From positions 1-26,585 of IMG/VR virus record IMGVR_UViG_3300032259_000753: DNA of 26,585 nucleotides. The stretch is one strand, 5' to 3'. A model generated the notes under the pieces. That model saw nothing but the letters and a program-made list of their open reading frames with translations, was not told the DNA's origin and made no database searches. This DNA comes from a virus. Taxonomy: Duplodnaviria; Caudoviricetes. Positions within the stretch are counted from its first letter, which is position 1. Each line of letters starts with the position of its first letter. A program made the translations under genes and the position numbers. This document shows, in pieces, positions 8,599 to 16,638 of this stretch.

Positions 8599-9207
8599 CT
8601 ATATGACATCAAACCACAGTGCCAATTCTAGGTCGTCCCTTATTACTTTGTATCTACTAGCCAGAGCAAAAAGCTCATCTCCTAAATAAAAGAGGCACCT
8701 ATGAGACGGCTCATCCGACCAGGCCAGTTGAAACGGAACTACAAAAATAACACCCTTTGTAGCTGCTTTTAAGCACTCTGGTAGAACACAGTTTAACACC
8801 TCGTCCCGAGTAAAATGCTCCACGGTGTGCGATGAGTAAATATAGTCGTAGGTACCTTTAATCCCGTTCCTAATGTCATCACAATAAAAATCAATACCGG
8901 AGGAGAGCCCCGTTCCCGCCTCCTGTACATAGTCAAGTACGGAAACTTTATCGACGTTTGGGAACCCTAGGAAGGTGTTCGCCCAGTAACTGTGCCCTGA
9001 ACCAAACAACAAAACCGAAGAAGCGGGCTCAAAAAAACTAAACACCTCTTCTTCGGTTCTAATGCTAGTAGCCTGAGGGTTACCGGCGGGGACAGTAGTT
9101 ATATACCGAGACGGATAAACGTCAATGGGGTCAGGGGTAGCACGAGGAAGCTCAGCTATGCAAGCGGGAGAACTTACTTCTCCTACATCTAACCAAGGAG
9201 AGGCCAT
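8599..9207 (-). CDS. Class I SAM-dependent methyltransferase fold protein
   Basis: VLLFGSGH, VSVLDY, YDYIYSSHTVEH, VIFVVP...PSH. Start overlaps the upstream stop (TAATG). Confidence 0.8.
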   Translation of the reverse strand: MASPWLDVGEVSSPACIAELPRATPDPIDVYPSRYITTVPAGNPQATSIRTEEEVFSFFEPASSVLLFGSGHSYWANTFLGFPNVDKVSVLDYVQEAGTGLSSGIDFYCDDIRNGIKGTYDYIYSSHTVEHFTRDEVLNCVLPECLKAATKGVIFVVPFQLAWSDEPSHRCLFYLGDELFALASRYKVIRDDLELALWFDVI

Positions 9208-10058
9208 TAGTTAGTCACCACCACTTTTATTTTTTGGTACCCCAAGGATACTAGACAAGCAGCGCGGTGGCTGCCGGAGAGTTCTAGCTGGCCTCCCGGA
9301 ACCTTGTGTACTCGTACGTAATCGTGAAGCAGGGGTCCGCTGGCGTATCCATACTTCTTCATTACCTCGTACATTGAACATAAATACCTGCGGTCCAGCT
9401 CGTCGGGGGCCGGGCGATTCCGAGGGGAGTCTTTCAACCACCCACCGTCTGGTCTCTGTATCTCTTCTGGTCGGATATTATCTTTCATCTGTAAGAAGAG
9501 GTCCCAGTAACTATCAGGGTCTTCACTAGGGTACTTACCAGCCTTGTACTCCTCTAACCAGGGAATGTATTTATCTTTCGCCACGTCCCTTATCTTAGTG
9601 GAAGGACTTTCCAGGTCAATTTCTTCGTGGTAGTGGGCACTGTAGCACTTGAGGCTCTCAGTGAACAGCTGCGCTAGCCTGTAGAAGTCTCTCTTAGTCA
9701 GGTGAATACGGCAGTTTCGATAGTGAACATGGATTGTATCCCCTCCTCCATCTTTATCCGCCCCTCCTTGAGTGAACTCAACAGCGGCCCGTTCATGGTG
9801 CAGTCTAGTTCCTAATAAGGTAGTGCTGCTGAGGTCAATATTTTGCTCCACAGGCTCGGGCTGGCCTAACTCATCGTACTTCTTCCGTGCCGCAATCCAG
9901 TGGTCTGATAGTTTGAGGAAGTCCTCTTTGTCGTACACCATACGAAAATCTTCGGTGTGGTCGTGGATACACTCCCGCAGTTCTAGGTGACTCTCGTGGT
10001 TATAGTAGAGTGTCTGGTCTACCTGACGCTCCGCTAATATTTTAAGATTGATTCCCAT
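9207..10058 (-). CDS. Protein with duplicated His-motif N-terminal region and C-terminal ParB/sulfiredoxin-like domain
   Basis: C-terminal MKKYGY...VRV...LSGSHRAACLVSLGYQKIKV matches the ParB/Srx (D)GxHR pattern. N-terminal IHDH..FR and IHVH..CR repeat. Confidence 0.65.
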   Translation of the reverse strand: MGINLKILAERQVDQTLYYNHESHLELRECIHDHTEDFRMVYDKEDFLKLSDHWIAARKKYDELGQPEPVEQNIDLSSTTLLGTRLHHERAAVEFTQGGADKDGGGDTIHVHYRNCRIHLTKRDFYRLAQLFTESLKCYSAHYHEEIDLESPSTKIRDVAKDKYIPWLEEYKAGKYPSEDPDSYWDLFLQMKDNIRPEEIQRPDGGWLKDSPRNRPAPDELDRRYLCSMYEVMKKYGYASGPLLHDYVRVHKVPGGQLELSGSHRAACLVSLGYQKIKVVVTN

Positions 10059-10093
10059 AGAGAAGTCCTTTTTGACTCGTAATTATACCTATA

Positions 10094-10122
10094 ATAATAG
10101 GCCATAAACGTCGATTTGTAAA
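10094..10122 (-). promoter_or_regulatory. Sigma70-like promoter TTTACA-N17-TATTAT
   Basis: In the 89-bp intergenic gap the minus strand reads TTTACA AATCGACGTTTATGGCC TATTAT, then AAGGA RBS and ATG at 10058. Same hexamers and spacing as at 16596-16624. Confidence 0.75.
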
Positions 10123-10147
10123 GCCTGGTACCTCAGCAATAGCCAGT

Positions 10148-11071
10148 TTAAATCTTAGAAAAAATACTTCCAATGGTATCAAGCTGTTGATCAGAAACAC
10201 CAGAGTGGGCCGGGAGACATATTGTTCGCTCTGCCAAATTCTTAGCTCCGGGTTGGTCCATTAATACCGGGAGGCGCTCTACCTTAATTCCTCGCTTGAG
10301 TAATGCTTGCGTCACCTGGTAAGCAAAAGAGGAAGAGGGCAAGAACACTGGGAAAAAAGAATAGGCAGCAAGGGAATCCCAATTGGTCGGGAAGAATCGA
10401 GGAAGTAAGTCCTCGTAGAAAGATGTTATTTCTCGCCGCGATCTCACTTCTTCTGTTAATCCTTCTAGCTCTGCCAAAGCTGCGGCACAACTATACCTAT
10501 TGACAGAGAAGTACCCCGTATTGGTTAGATTTTTGGTCTCTTTCCTAACAGCAGCTGGGCAGTCAAAAATAACAGCCCCTAAAGAACCTACTGGTAAGGG
10601 GCTTCCCTCCTCAAATGCTGTGCAAAAGGCATCTCCCACCGAGGCAATTCCTGGAGTGCAGAAAGAGCTAAACCCCTCTATAATAAGAGTCTTATCTCTA
10701 CTATAACAAAAGTCCCCCAACTCCGTAAGATTCGGAACAACGCCCATAGGACAGGAGGCAATTACTGTGTCGTAATCGTCCGGCCTTACCTGTTCTAAGT
10801 GAGGAATGTCCATCACTCCCTGAGAGTTTACGTCCAGAGCAAGGGTGCGAACCCCCTCAAGAGCATTAAGCGCTTTAATTTCCGGCCGAGCAATCGCAGA
10901 CACGACAATGCTCTTTGAACCTAAAGCAAGGCAAGCAGTAACCAGAGACTCTCTCCCAGAGGACGTCAGAAATAACTTGCTTTCGCTAGGCACCTTAAGG
11001 TGCCCGGAGAGGGCCTCAACCAAAGAGGCTCTAACTCCCCCCTTACTTAGATACTTACCAATAGAGAGCAT
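10148..11071 (-). CDS. DegT/DnrJ/EryC1/StrS sugar-aminotransferase fold protein, degenerate active site
   Basis: LTSSGRESL, LALDV, LIIE, GAV, RREITSFY, AERTICLPAH follow the DegT pattern. PLP-binding Asp and Schiff-base Lys not found at the expected positions. Confidence 0.82.
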   Translation of the reverse strand: MLSIGKYLSKGGVRASLVEALSGHLKVPSESKLFLTSSGRESLVTACLALGSKSIVVSAIARPEIKALNALEGVRTLALDVNSQGVMDIPHLEQVRPDDYDTVIASCPMGVVPNLTELGDFCYSRDKTLIIEGFSSFCTPGIASVGDAFCTAFEEGSPLPVGSLGAVIFDCPAAVRKETKNLTNTGYFSVNRYSCAAALAELEGLTEEVRSRREITSFYEDLLPRFFPTNWDSLAAYSFFPVFLPSSSFAYQVTQALLKRGIKVERLPVLMDQPGAKNLAERTICLPAHSGVSDQQLDTIGSIFSKI

Positions 11072-11096
11072 TTATGACGCCTTCCGGGGACAGTAA

Positions 11097-12068
11097 TTAC
11101 GAGGACGCCTTAGCGTCTTCCTGAACCGCCAGTTGCCTGAGGTGCTCCTGCTTATACCAGGAGAAACACCGCTCAATTCCGTCGCGGAAAGAAACCTTAG
11201 CGTCCCACCCCAGCGCCTTAAGCTTAGAACCATCCATCCACTGAAAGGGAATCTCGGGAAAATCGCGGTCGATAATGTCGTACCCGCTAGAGCCAGCAGC
11301 TTCAGAAATTAGAGCGACCGTCTCCTCAATTGTGTGGAACTTATTGATTCCAATGTTATAAATGTGACCAGGTTTTCCGCTAGTTACCATCAAGTTATAG
11401 GCGTCACATACATCATCGATGTAAATAAACTCCCGCCTAAAATTACGCACTCCCGAGTATATCTCTGGCTTCTCCCCGCGTAAGATTCTCAAGATAGAGT
11501 TAGGAATCAAACGAGAGGTGTTCATGTCCCCTGGCCCATAAATATTAGAACATCGCACAACATTGACATTCATGTCGTACGTCTTGGCGTAAGACTGAGC
11601 TATCATATCCGTGCATGCTTTTGAGGTAGAGTAGGGGTCTTCAGGAACCAACTTCATGTCCTCGGTGTAGGGAAGCTGTGCTTGCTCGCCGTAAGACTTG
11701 TACGACGAAGCCACAACTACTTTGGCCGTTGGGCGAGTACGGCGGACGGCATCCAGTACGTTCACTGTCCCCATTACATTAGTCATATAGTTAGATGCAG
11801 GGTCCTTCACCCCAATCCTAACAATGGCGTTTGCTGCCAAGTGGAATACTACATCCGCTTCGTAGTTAGAGACCGCATGGTCAACTAGCTTGGGGTCTGT
11901 AATAGTTCCCTCCACAATAGAACACTTACTTAGTACATCGGGCCGGGTCTTGTGGTTCTTGTCTCGTATGATACCAATAACATGGTTACCTGCAGCGAGC
12001 TGACTGAGCGCCAGGTTGGAGCCTACAAAACCATTAATACCGGTTATTAGAACATTCTTTCTTGCCAT
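11097..12068 (-). CDS. Nucleotide-sugar dehydratase/epimerase, CDP-glucose 4,6-dehydratase-like extended SDR
   Basis: TGINGFVG, VFHLAA, TNVMGTVNVLDA, ASSYKSYG, PYSTSKAC (YxxxK intact), RCSNIYGPGD...SRLIP, REFIYIDD. Confidence 0.92.
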   Translation of the reverse strand: MARKNVLITGINGFVGSNLALSQLAAGNHVIGIIRDKNHKTRPDVLSKCSIVEGTITDPKLVDHAVSNYEADVVFHLAANAIVRIGVKDPASNYMTNVMGTVNVLDAVRRTRPTAKVVVASSYKSYGEQAQLPYTEDMKLVPEDPYSTSKACTDMIAQSYAKTYDMNVNVVRCSNIYGPGDMNTSRLIPNSILRILRGEKPEIYSGVRNFRREFIYIDDVCDAYNLMVTSGKPGHIYNIGINKFHTIEETVALISEAAGSSGYDIIDRDFPEIPFQWMDGSKLKALGWDAKVSFRDGIERCFSWYKQEHLRQLAVQEDAKASS

Positions 12069-12084
12069 TGGAGTCTCCTACTTT

Positions 12085-12885
12085 CTATGTAAGCTCGCTG
12101 TACCACTCTTCGATGCCGTCAGGGTGCTTCCCTAAGTACTTATAATACTTGGCATCTACCTCCGTCGGAAAACCGTCAAGAGAGAAGTGGTCATGTGTCC
12201 GAGCAACAAAGTCATACTCTGGTAGCTCGTCAAATGGAATTAAGGTGTCTGCTGGGTGGAAAAACCCATCGGCATTCCTTACCCTTTTACTAATCTTGGC
12301 AGGGTCTTTGGCTACCCGGCTGTAGTGGTAAATTTTGTAGGGCAGGTCTACACACCTACCAGGAACAACTGCCGCAGAAAACATCCCCGACTTGTCTGTA
12401 GCTTCAGCGAGGAACGAGTACGCGCCTGCCTTAAAGATACGAACCAAGTTAGCATTCCAGTCCTTACGAACAGTCTCCAGGTCCTTCCAGAAATAAACCC
12501 TCTCCAAAGAGAACCCAATAACATCCGTATCCTGGTTGCGTTCCATGAAAGCCTTGAGCATGTCAAAGTCATCGTTGAGGAGGAACTCATCCGCCTGCAG
12601 AGCAACAACCCAGTCAGCGCCAGAAGCTTTGGCCTCGTCCGAGAGGGCCTCTATTTGCATGGCTATCTCTGTACCGCCCTGAATGTTACTCATATCCCAG
12701 GGAGTGTCAAAAATCCTAACGTTAGGGAGACCTAGAGCGTTTATAGTTTTCAAGTCTTCCGGGAATCCGGGGTCTAAACCAACAATGACCTCGTCACACA
12801 GGCCAGCCATGTTTGATATCACCCTATCAAAAGGATAGTCTAGTCCTGTGCCGTCTCTGAGAATTAGTGTTCCTGCTATCTTCAT
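12085..12885 (-). CDS. Glycosyltransferase family 2-like (GT-A)
   Basis: MKIAG...LDYPF...LCDEVIV...DWVVALQADE...VRIFK...IYHYS pattern. Confidence 0.82.
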   Translation of the reverse strand: MKIAGTLILRDGTGLDYPFDRVISNMAGLCDEVIVGLDPGFPEDLKTINALGLPNVRIFDTPWDMSNIQGGTEIAMQIEALSDEAKASGADWVVALQADEFLLNDDFDMLKAFMERNQDTDVIGFSLERVYFWKDLETVRKDWNANLVRIFKAGAYSFLAEATDKSGMFSAAVVPGRCVDLPYKIYHYSRVAKDPAKISKRVRNADGFFHPADTLIPFDELPEYDFVARTHDHFSLDGFPTEVDAKYYKYLGKHPDGIEEWYSELT

Positions 12886-13457
12886 AGTAATATGTGCCCT
12901 TTAAGAGAGTACCCCTTGGTTGCTACAAACAGCCCTGTCGGGGTAGGTATTTCCTCCCACTTGTATCCCTCGCCCTTGAGGTAAAGGACCAGTTTTTCAT
13001 GCTTTATAGAGTTAGGGTTGTGGATATCATCAATCAAAATGAAGTGGTTGTCGCTCAAGGAGCGGGCGGTGGCTAGATACTCATTAAACATTTGGTCGGG
13101 GCTTTCCCCTGCGTCTAACCACAGAACATCTATGCTATTAGGACCAACACTAGAGAAAGGACTCCACCTGCTGGTTAATTCCGTAACACTATCCCCCCAA
13201 ACAAAAGTTACCTGTTGGTTCGTCAGCCCTAAGGGCTCCAACAGTCTTTGAGCAAAATCCAAGTGGTCTTTGTCGATGTCATAAGTGTATAGGTAGCCGT
13301 CATGGGGCTTACAAATAAACTCCGCAATGTTATTCGTAGTAGTGTGTACCTCATTGCCAGGAGGACATTGAAAAACACAGCCTGTCTCCACGCACACAGG
13401 ATAGCGTGGCAGGTAGGTAGCTATTGCTTTACAAACTTCTCGTACTGTGGAAATCAT
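12882..13457 (-). CDS. Class I SAM-dependent methyltransferase (Methyltransf_24-like, probable O-methyltransferase)
   Basis: VETGC, LYTYDID, GDSVTEL, IDVLWLDA, ILIDD. Confidence 0.85.
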   Translation of the reverse strand: MISTVREVCKAIATYLPRYPVCVETGCVFQCPPGNEVHTTTNNIAEFICKPHDGYLYTYDIDKDHLDFAQRLLEPLGLTNQQVTFVWGDSVTELTSRWSPFSSVGPNSIDVLWLDAGESPDQMFNEYLATARSLSDNHFILIDDIHNPNSIKHEKLVLYLKGEGYKWEEIPTPTGLFVATKGYSLKGHILL

Positions 13458-14155
13458 TACTTATTATCCTTATCGATAACAGGGGGCTCCGTATGCTCAA
13501 CACCCTCCCCTACGTCGGCTGCGTGTAGCCGCTTGTACAAAGATGCGCGCTTTTTTAGGGAAGCGTCATCCTTATGAACATTTTGAAAATGATGAATAGT
13601 AGGCCCGCCCGCAGCCAGCTCCGTACGCACACAGCCTACGACAGTCTCATGAATGCGGCGGCGGTACCTAATCTTTTTACGATTGTGGTGATTGCGGAAT
13701 AACCGCACCTGCCAGTCAGGGTAAGATTCAACATCTACCTGCTTAGTACGCCACTTGTCTTCCCACCGTTTACGAGGGAGCGCCCACGAGTCTATAATTA
13801 CGTTACCTTCGTCATCTAATTCCATGTCGTCCCCAGCAACTCCGAGGGGCTGGTCAATCAAAACTGCCAGCTTTGGCCACTCAGCAGAGTCAAGCCTTTC
13901 ATCCGCGTCAATCATCAGCACCCAGGCGTGGTTAGCGAGGTGCGCAGTCACGGTGCGGATGTTACCGAAGTCTGTGAACCCTACCTCGTACACGCGCTCC
14001 GTGTACTTCTTCGCTATCTCCACTGTCTTGTCCGTAGACCCGGTATCTACTATTATTACCTCTGATACGACAGGAAGAACACTCTCGATGCAGTCGCGGA
14101 GGTTGTCCTCTTCGTTTTTAACGAAGATGCATAATGAAATTGGAAGCTTTTCCAT
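13457..14155 (-). CDS. Glycosyltransferase family 2 (GT-A)
   Basis: ISLCIFVKNEE, VDTGSTDKTVEIA, WVLMIDADE, YPDWQVRLFRN, IHE. Confidence 0.95.
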   Translation of the reverse strand: MEKLPISLCIFVKNEEDNLRDCIESVLPVVSEVIIVDTGSTDKTVEIAKKYTERVYEVGFTDFGNIRTVTAHLANHAWVLMIDADERLDSAEWPKLAVLIDQPLGVAGDDMELDDEGNVIIDSWALPRKRWEDKWRTKQVDVESYPDWQVRLFRNHHNRKKIRYRRRIHETVVGCVRTELAAGGPTIHHFQNVHKDDASLKKRASLYKRLHAADVGEGVEHTEPPVIDKDNK

Positions 14156-15291
14156 TACAGCTCCTCAAGACGAAGTAACATTTGTTTTCCAACGGAATCC
14201 CAGCTAAATTCTGATTTTATGCGGGCCTGGAGGGCAACGCCCCGCTCCGCGGCCTCGTCTCTATTATGGTAAACATGTCTCATTTTGTCAGCTGCTTCTG
14301 GTAAACAGGGGCGAGCCCACTGCTGGTTTCCCCAGTACCAGGCGTTAAAACTTCCCATCCCTGCAACGTAATCCCACATAAAGGGAACAAGGTAACTGTT
14401 GTCTTCAGTCAGGTACTCCATCTGGCCACCCTGACCCGTCATAATCACGGGCTTGCCTGCTAGCCCCGCCTCTAACGAAGTCAGGCCAAACCCCTCCCCG
14501 TGCGGAAGAGTGACATAAGCATCCCCTCTCATATGGAAGGCTTTCATCTGCTCCGACGACAGACTATCGGTGATTAAATTAATCTTCGGGTACGAAGGTA
14601 ACTGCATGTCAGCCTTAATTCGCTTAATCATTTCCTTTATCTGCCGCATGTCTTCGGCGGGAGGGAGACCGCGGCCAACGTACGCCTTAAGAATTAAGCG
14701 AACATCTTCCCCGTTTTGGAACGCATTGAAGTAAGCACGTAGAAGACCGTCTGGGTTCTTACGGTAATTCCACTGCAGGATAGAGTAGAAAACAAAGGTC
14801 TCATCGCTTAATCCAGGGATAGAAAACAGAGTAGGGTCGGCTCCCAGATAAGTGTCCGGCCCTATTCCATGTGGAATCTTGTGGATAGGAACAGTAACTC
14901 CAGACTCTTTGAATGCCTTCACATTCCAATCACAAGGAACCCAAACCTCACTCATCTTGTTACAACAGTCGGCCCACAACGGGTGAAGTTTAGAGGTCTC
15001 CCACACAGTATAACTAATAACGTGTTTGTCGTGGTATTTACTAGCGTAACTGGGGGCGAGGTCGGGGGTTAAATGTACTACTACTATATCAAACTCTATG
15101 TCTTTGCCCTCTAAACTGGCAAAGATTGCGCGCTCATCGGGAGTACCTATCGGCGGAGGGTCGGGCTCAAAGCGCCGAGCTTCAATCGTCAACGGTACCC
15201 CCAGGCGGTGAAGCGCCAGGATATAATTTCTAGAGGCCTCGCCGTACCCGGAGTGGTCCCTAAACGGAGCAATATACTTAACCCCCTTCAT
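14155..15291 (-). CDS. Glycosyltransferase family 4 (GT-B)
   Basis: SGYG, YTVWET, IPHG, RKNPDGLL, HGEGFGLTSLEAGLAGKPVI (Ex7E). Confidence 0.93.
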   Translation of the reverse strand: MKGVKYIAPFRDHSGYGEASRNYILALHRLGVPLTIEARRFEPDPPPIGTPDERAIFASLEGKDIEFDIVVVHLTPDLAPSYASKYHDKHVISYTVWETSKLHPLWADCCNKMSEVWVPCDWNVKAFKESGVTVPIHKIPHGIGPDTYLGADPTLFSIPGLSDETFVFYSILQWNYRKNPDGLLRAYFNAFQNGEDVRLILKAYVGRGLPPAEDMRQIKEMIKRIKADMQLPSYPKINLITDSLSSEQMKAFHMRGDAYVTLPHGEGFGLTSLEAGLAGKPVIMTGQGGQMEYLTEDNSYLVPFMWDYVAGMGSFNAWYWGNQQWARPCLPEAADKMRHVYHNRDEAAERGVALQARIKSEFSWDSVGKQMLLRLEEL

Positions 15292-15292
15292 C

Positions 15293-16564
15293 TTATAGCT
15301 CCTCTGCTGAGATAACGGCCGAACGCTGGGCAGCTACATTGCCCTTTACTTTCTCCATTACGGCATTCGTAATTAACTTGTCCCACATAGGAACAATGTG
15401 CTTACTCCACACAAGGCTAGACGTTACCCACTTATATGCTGTTTCGGCGCGAGTCTTGGCTTCCTCGGGATTATCATAGACATGAACCATGGTCTCAGCC
15501 ATGTCGAGAATATCTGTAAGTGGGCGAACAACCTCGTTGTCATTAGGAAGAACGATGTGGTCGTTGGGAGTATCACCTGATTTCACAAGCCACCCCCTCT
15601 CCTCTCCGATAATTTCAGTGAGGACCGTATTGCTAGGGAAGATGATAGGTGTCTTACACGCCATAGCTTCAACAGTAGAAAGACCCCAGCCCTCTCCCAA
15701 CGTAGTAGACACAACAACATCAGATGCGTTGTAAATACGGTTGACTACATCAATGGGAAACCCTTGGTTGGGCTCGAATCCGTTGCCGGGCAGGAGAACA
15801 TCTTCTCCCAAAGTGAGACCAGTGGCTTTGATTACCTCAGGTAGATTCCATCCCTGGTCATTAGCGGCCATGTGTAGGTACAACACCGAGTTGGGGCGGA
15901 GCTTCTTAAACTCCTTGAAAGCTAGGATACAACGGGGGATGTCTTTGCGCTGCTGATTACGATTAATGTTTGTTACGATATACTTAGAGGCGTGCTTGCC
16001 AAAGTACTCCTTGCGAAATTTCTCTGTCTGCGTCTCTACCATCGGAAAGAAATCATCCGTATTCGCACCATGAGGAATTACCTGAAGCTTATTAGCGATT
16101 GAAGGGCAAGCCAAGATAGATTCCTTCTTACCATACTCCGTGTAAGCAACAGGAACATCAAGCATGTTCATACAGTCCACCCACTTCTTCTTCGGGACAC
16201 CGTCGATGGGATAATACCCCAAAGCAAGGAAGTTCTTCAGCTGGCGCAGCTTGGGGAGGCCTTGCGTCAGAAGGGATTCAAGGATGAACGAATCCTGAAA
16301 CAGAAATAGAACATCATAGTCGAAGTCCTTCGCCATCATGTCAAAGCACTTCTGCCTCCCGTAAGGGTCGCGTCCTCCAACACCTACCGGCCAAATAGGG
16401 AAGGGGTAAGGGTGAGGGTCCCCCCAGTAGTTAACACCTAAAACGGCAATGTCGTACTTCCCTGTTTTATGTAGTCCAGTAAGGATATTCCTACTTACTG
16501 TTCCGAACCCAGTGCTGACTGTGGGCGCGTCGCCATAAAACAAGATCTTAATTTTACTAGACAT
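15293..16564 (-). CDS. Glycosyltransferase family 4 (GT-B)
   Basis: TGFGTV, IPHG, NRNQQRKD, YNASDV...GEGWGLSTVEAMAC (Ex7E). Confidence 0.94.
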   Translation of the reverse strand: MSSKIKILFYGDAPTVSTGFGTVSRNILTGLHKTGKYDIAVLGVNYWGDPHPYPFPIWPVGVGGRDPYGRQKCFDMMAKDFDYDVLFLFQDSFILESLLTQGLPKLRQLKNFLALGYYPIDGVPKKKWVDCMNMLDVPVAYTEYGKKESILACPSIANKLQVIPHGANTDDFFPMVETQTEKFRKEYFGKHASKYIVTNINRNQQRKDIPRCILAFKEFKKLRPNSVLYLHMAANDQGWNLPEVIKATGLTLGEDVLLPGNGFEPNQGFPIDVVNRIYNASDVVVSTTLGEGWGLSTVEAMACKTPIIFPSNTVLTEIIGEERGWLVKSGDTPNDHIVLPNDNEVVRPLTDILDMAETMVHVYDNPEEAKTRAETAYKWVTSSLVWSKHIVPMWDKLITNAVMEKVKGNVAAQRSAVISAEEL

Positions 16565-16595
16565 CTAAATCTCCTTACTTGGTAGTACTGTAATC

Positions 16596-16624
16596 ATAAT
16601 AATCTAACTGCCCCTATATGTAAA
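16596..16624 (-). promoter_or_regulatory. Sigma70-like promoter TTTACA-N17-TATTAT
   Basis: In the 74-bp gap the minus strand reads TTTACA TATAGGGGCAGTTAGAT TATTAT, followed by a TAAGGAG RBS before ATG at 16564. Confidence 0.75.
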
Positions 16625-16638
16625 CTCGTTTAAGAGTC

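Noticed and set aside
10123-10147. Weak hairpin (CTGG...CCAG) after the DegT-fold gene, and ACTC...GAGT near 16622-16638, as terminators
   Set aside because: Stems are only 4-5 bp with no convincing U-tract.
12085-12885. QADE instead of DxD as a sign of a dead glycosyltransferase
   Set aside because: To my knowledge LQADE is typical of this GT2-like subfamily, so it is not evidence of inactivation.
1789-16564. Ordinary O-antigen/capsule locus
   Set aside because: No Wzx/Wzy/Wzz, ABC transporter, priming transferase or nucleotidyltransferase is present, and the flanks are a phage-like replication module. It cannot be fully excluded without the rest of the contig.
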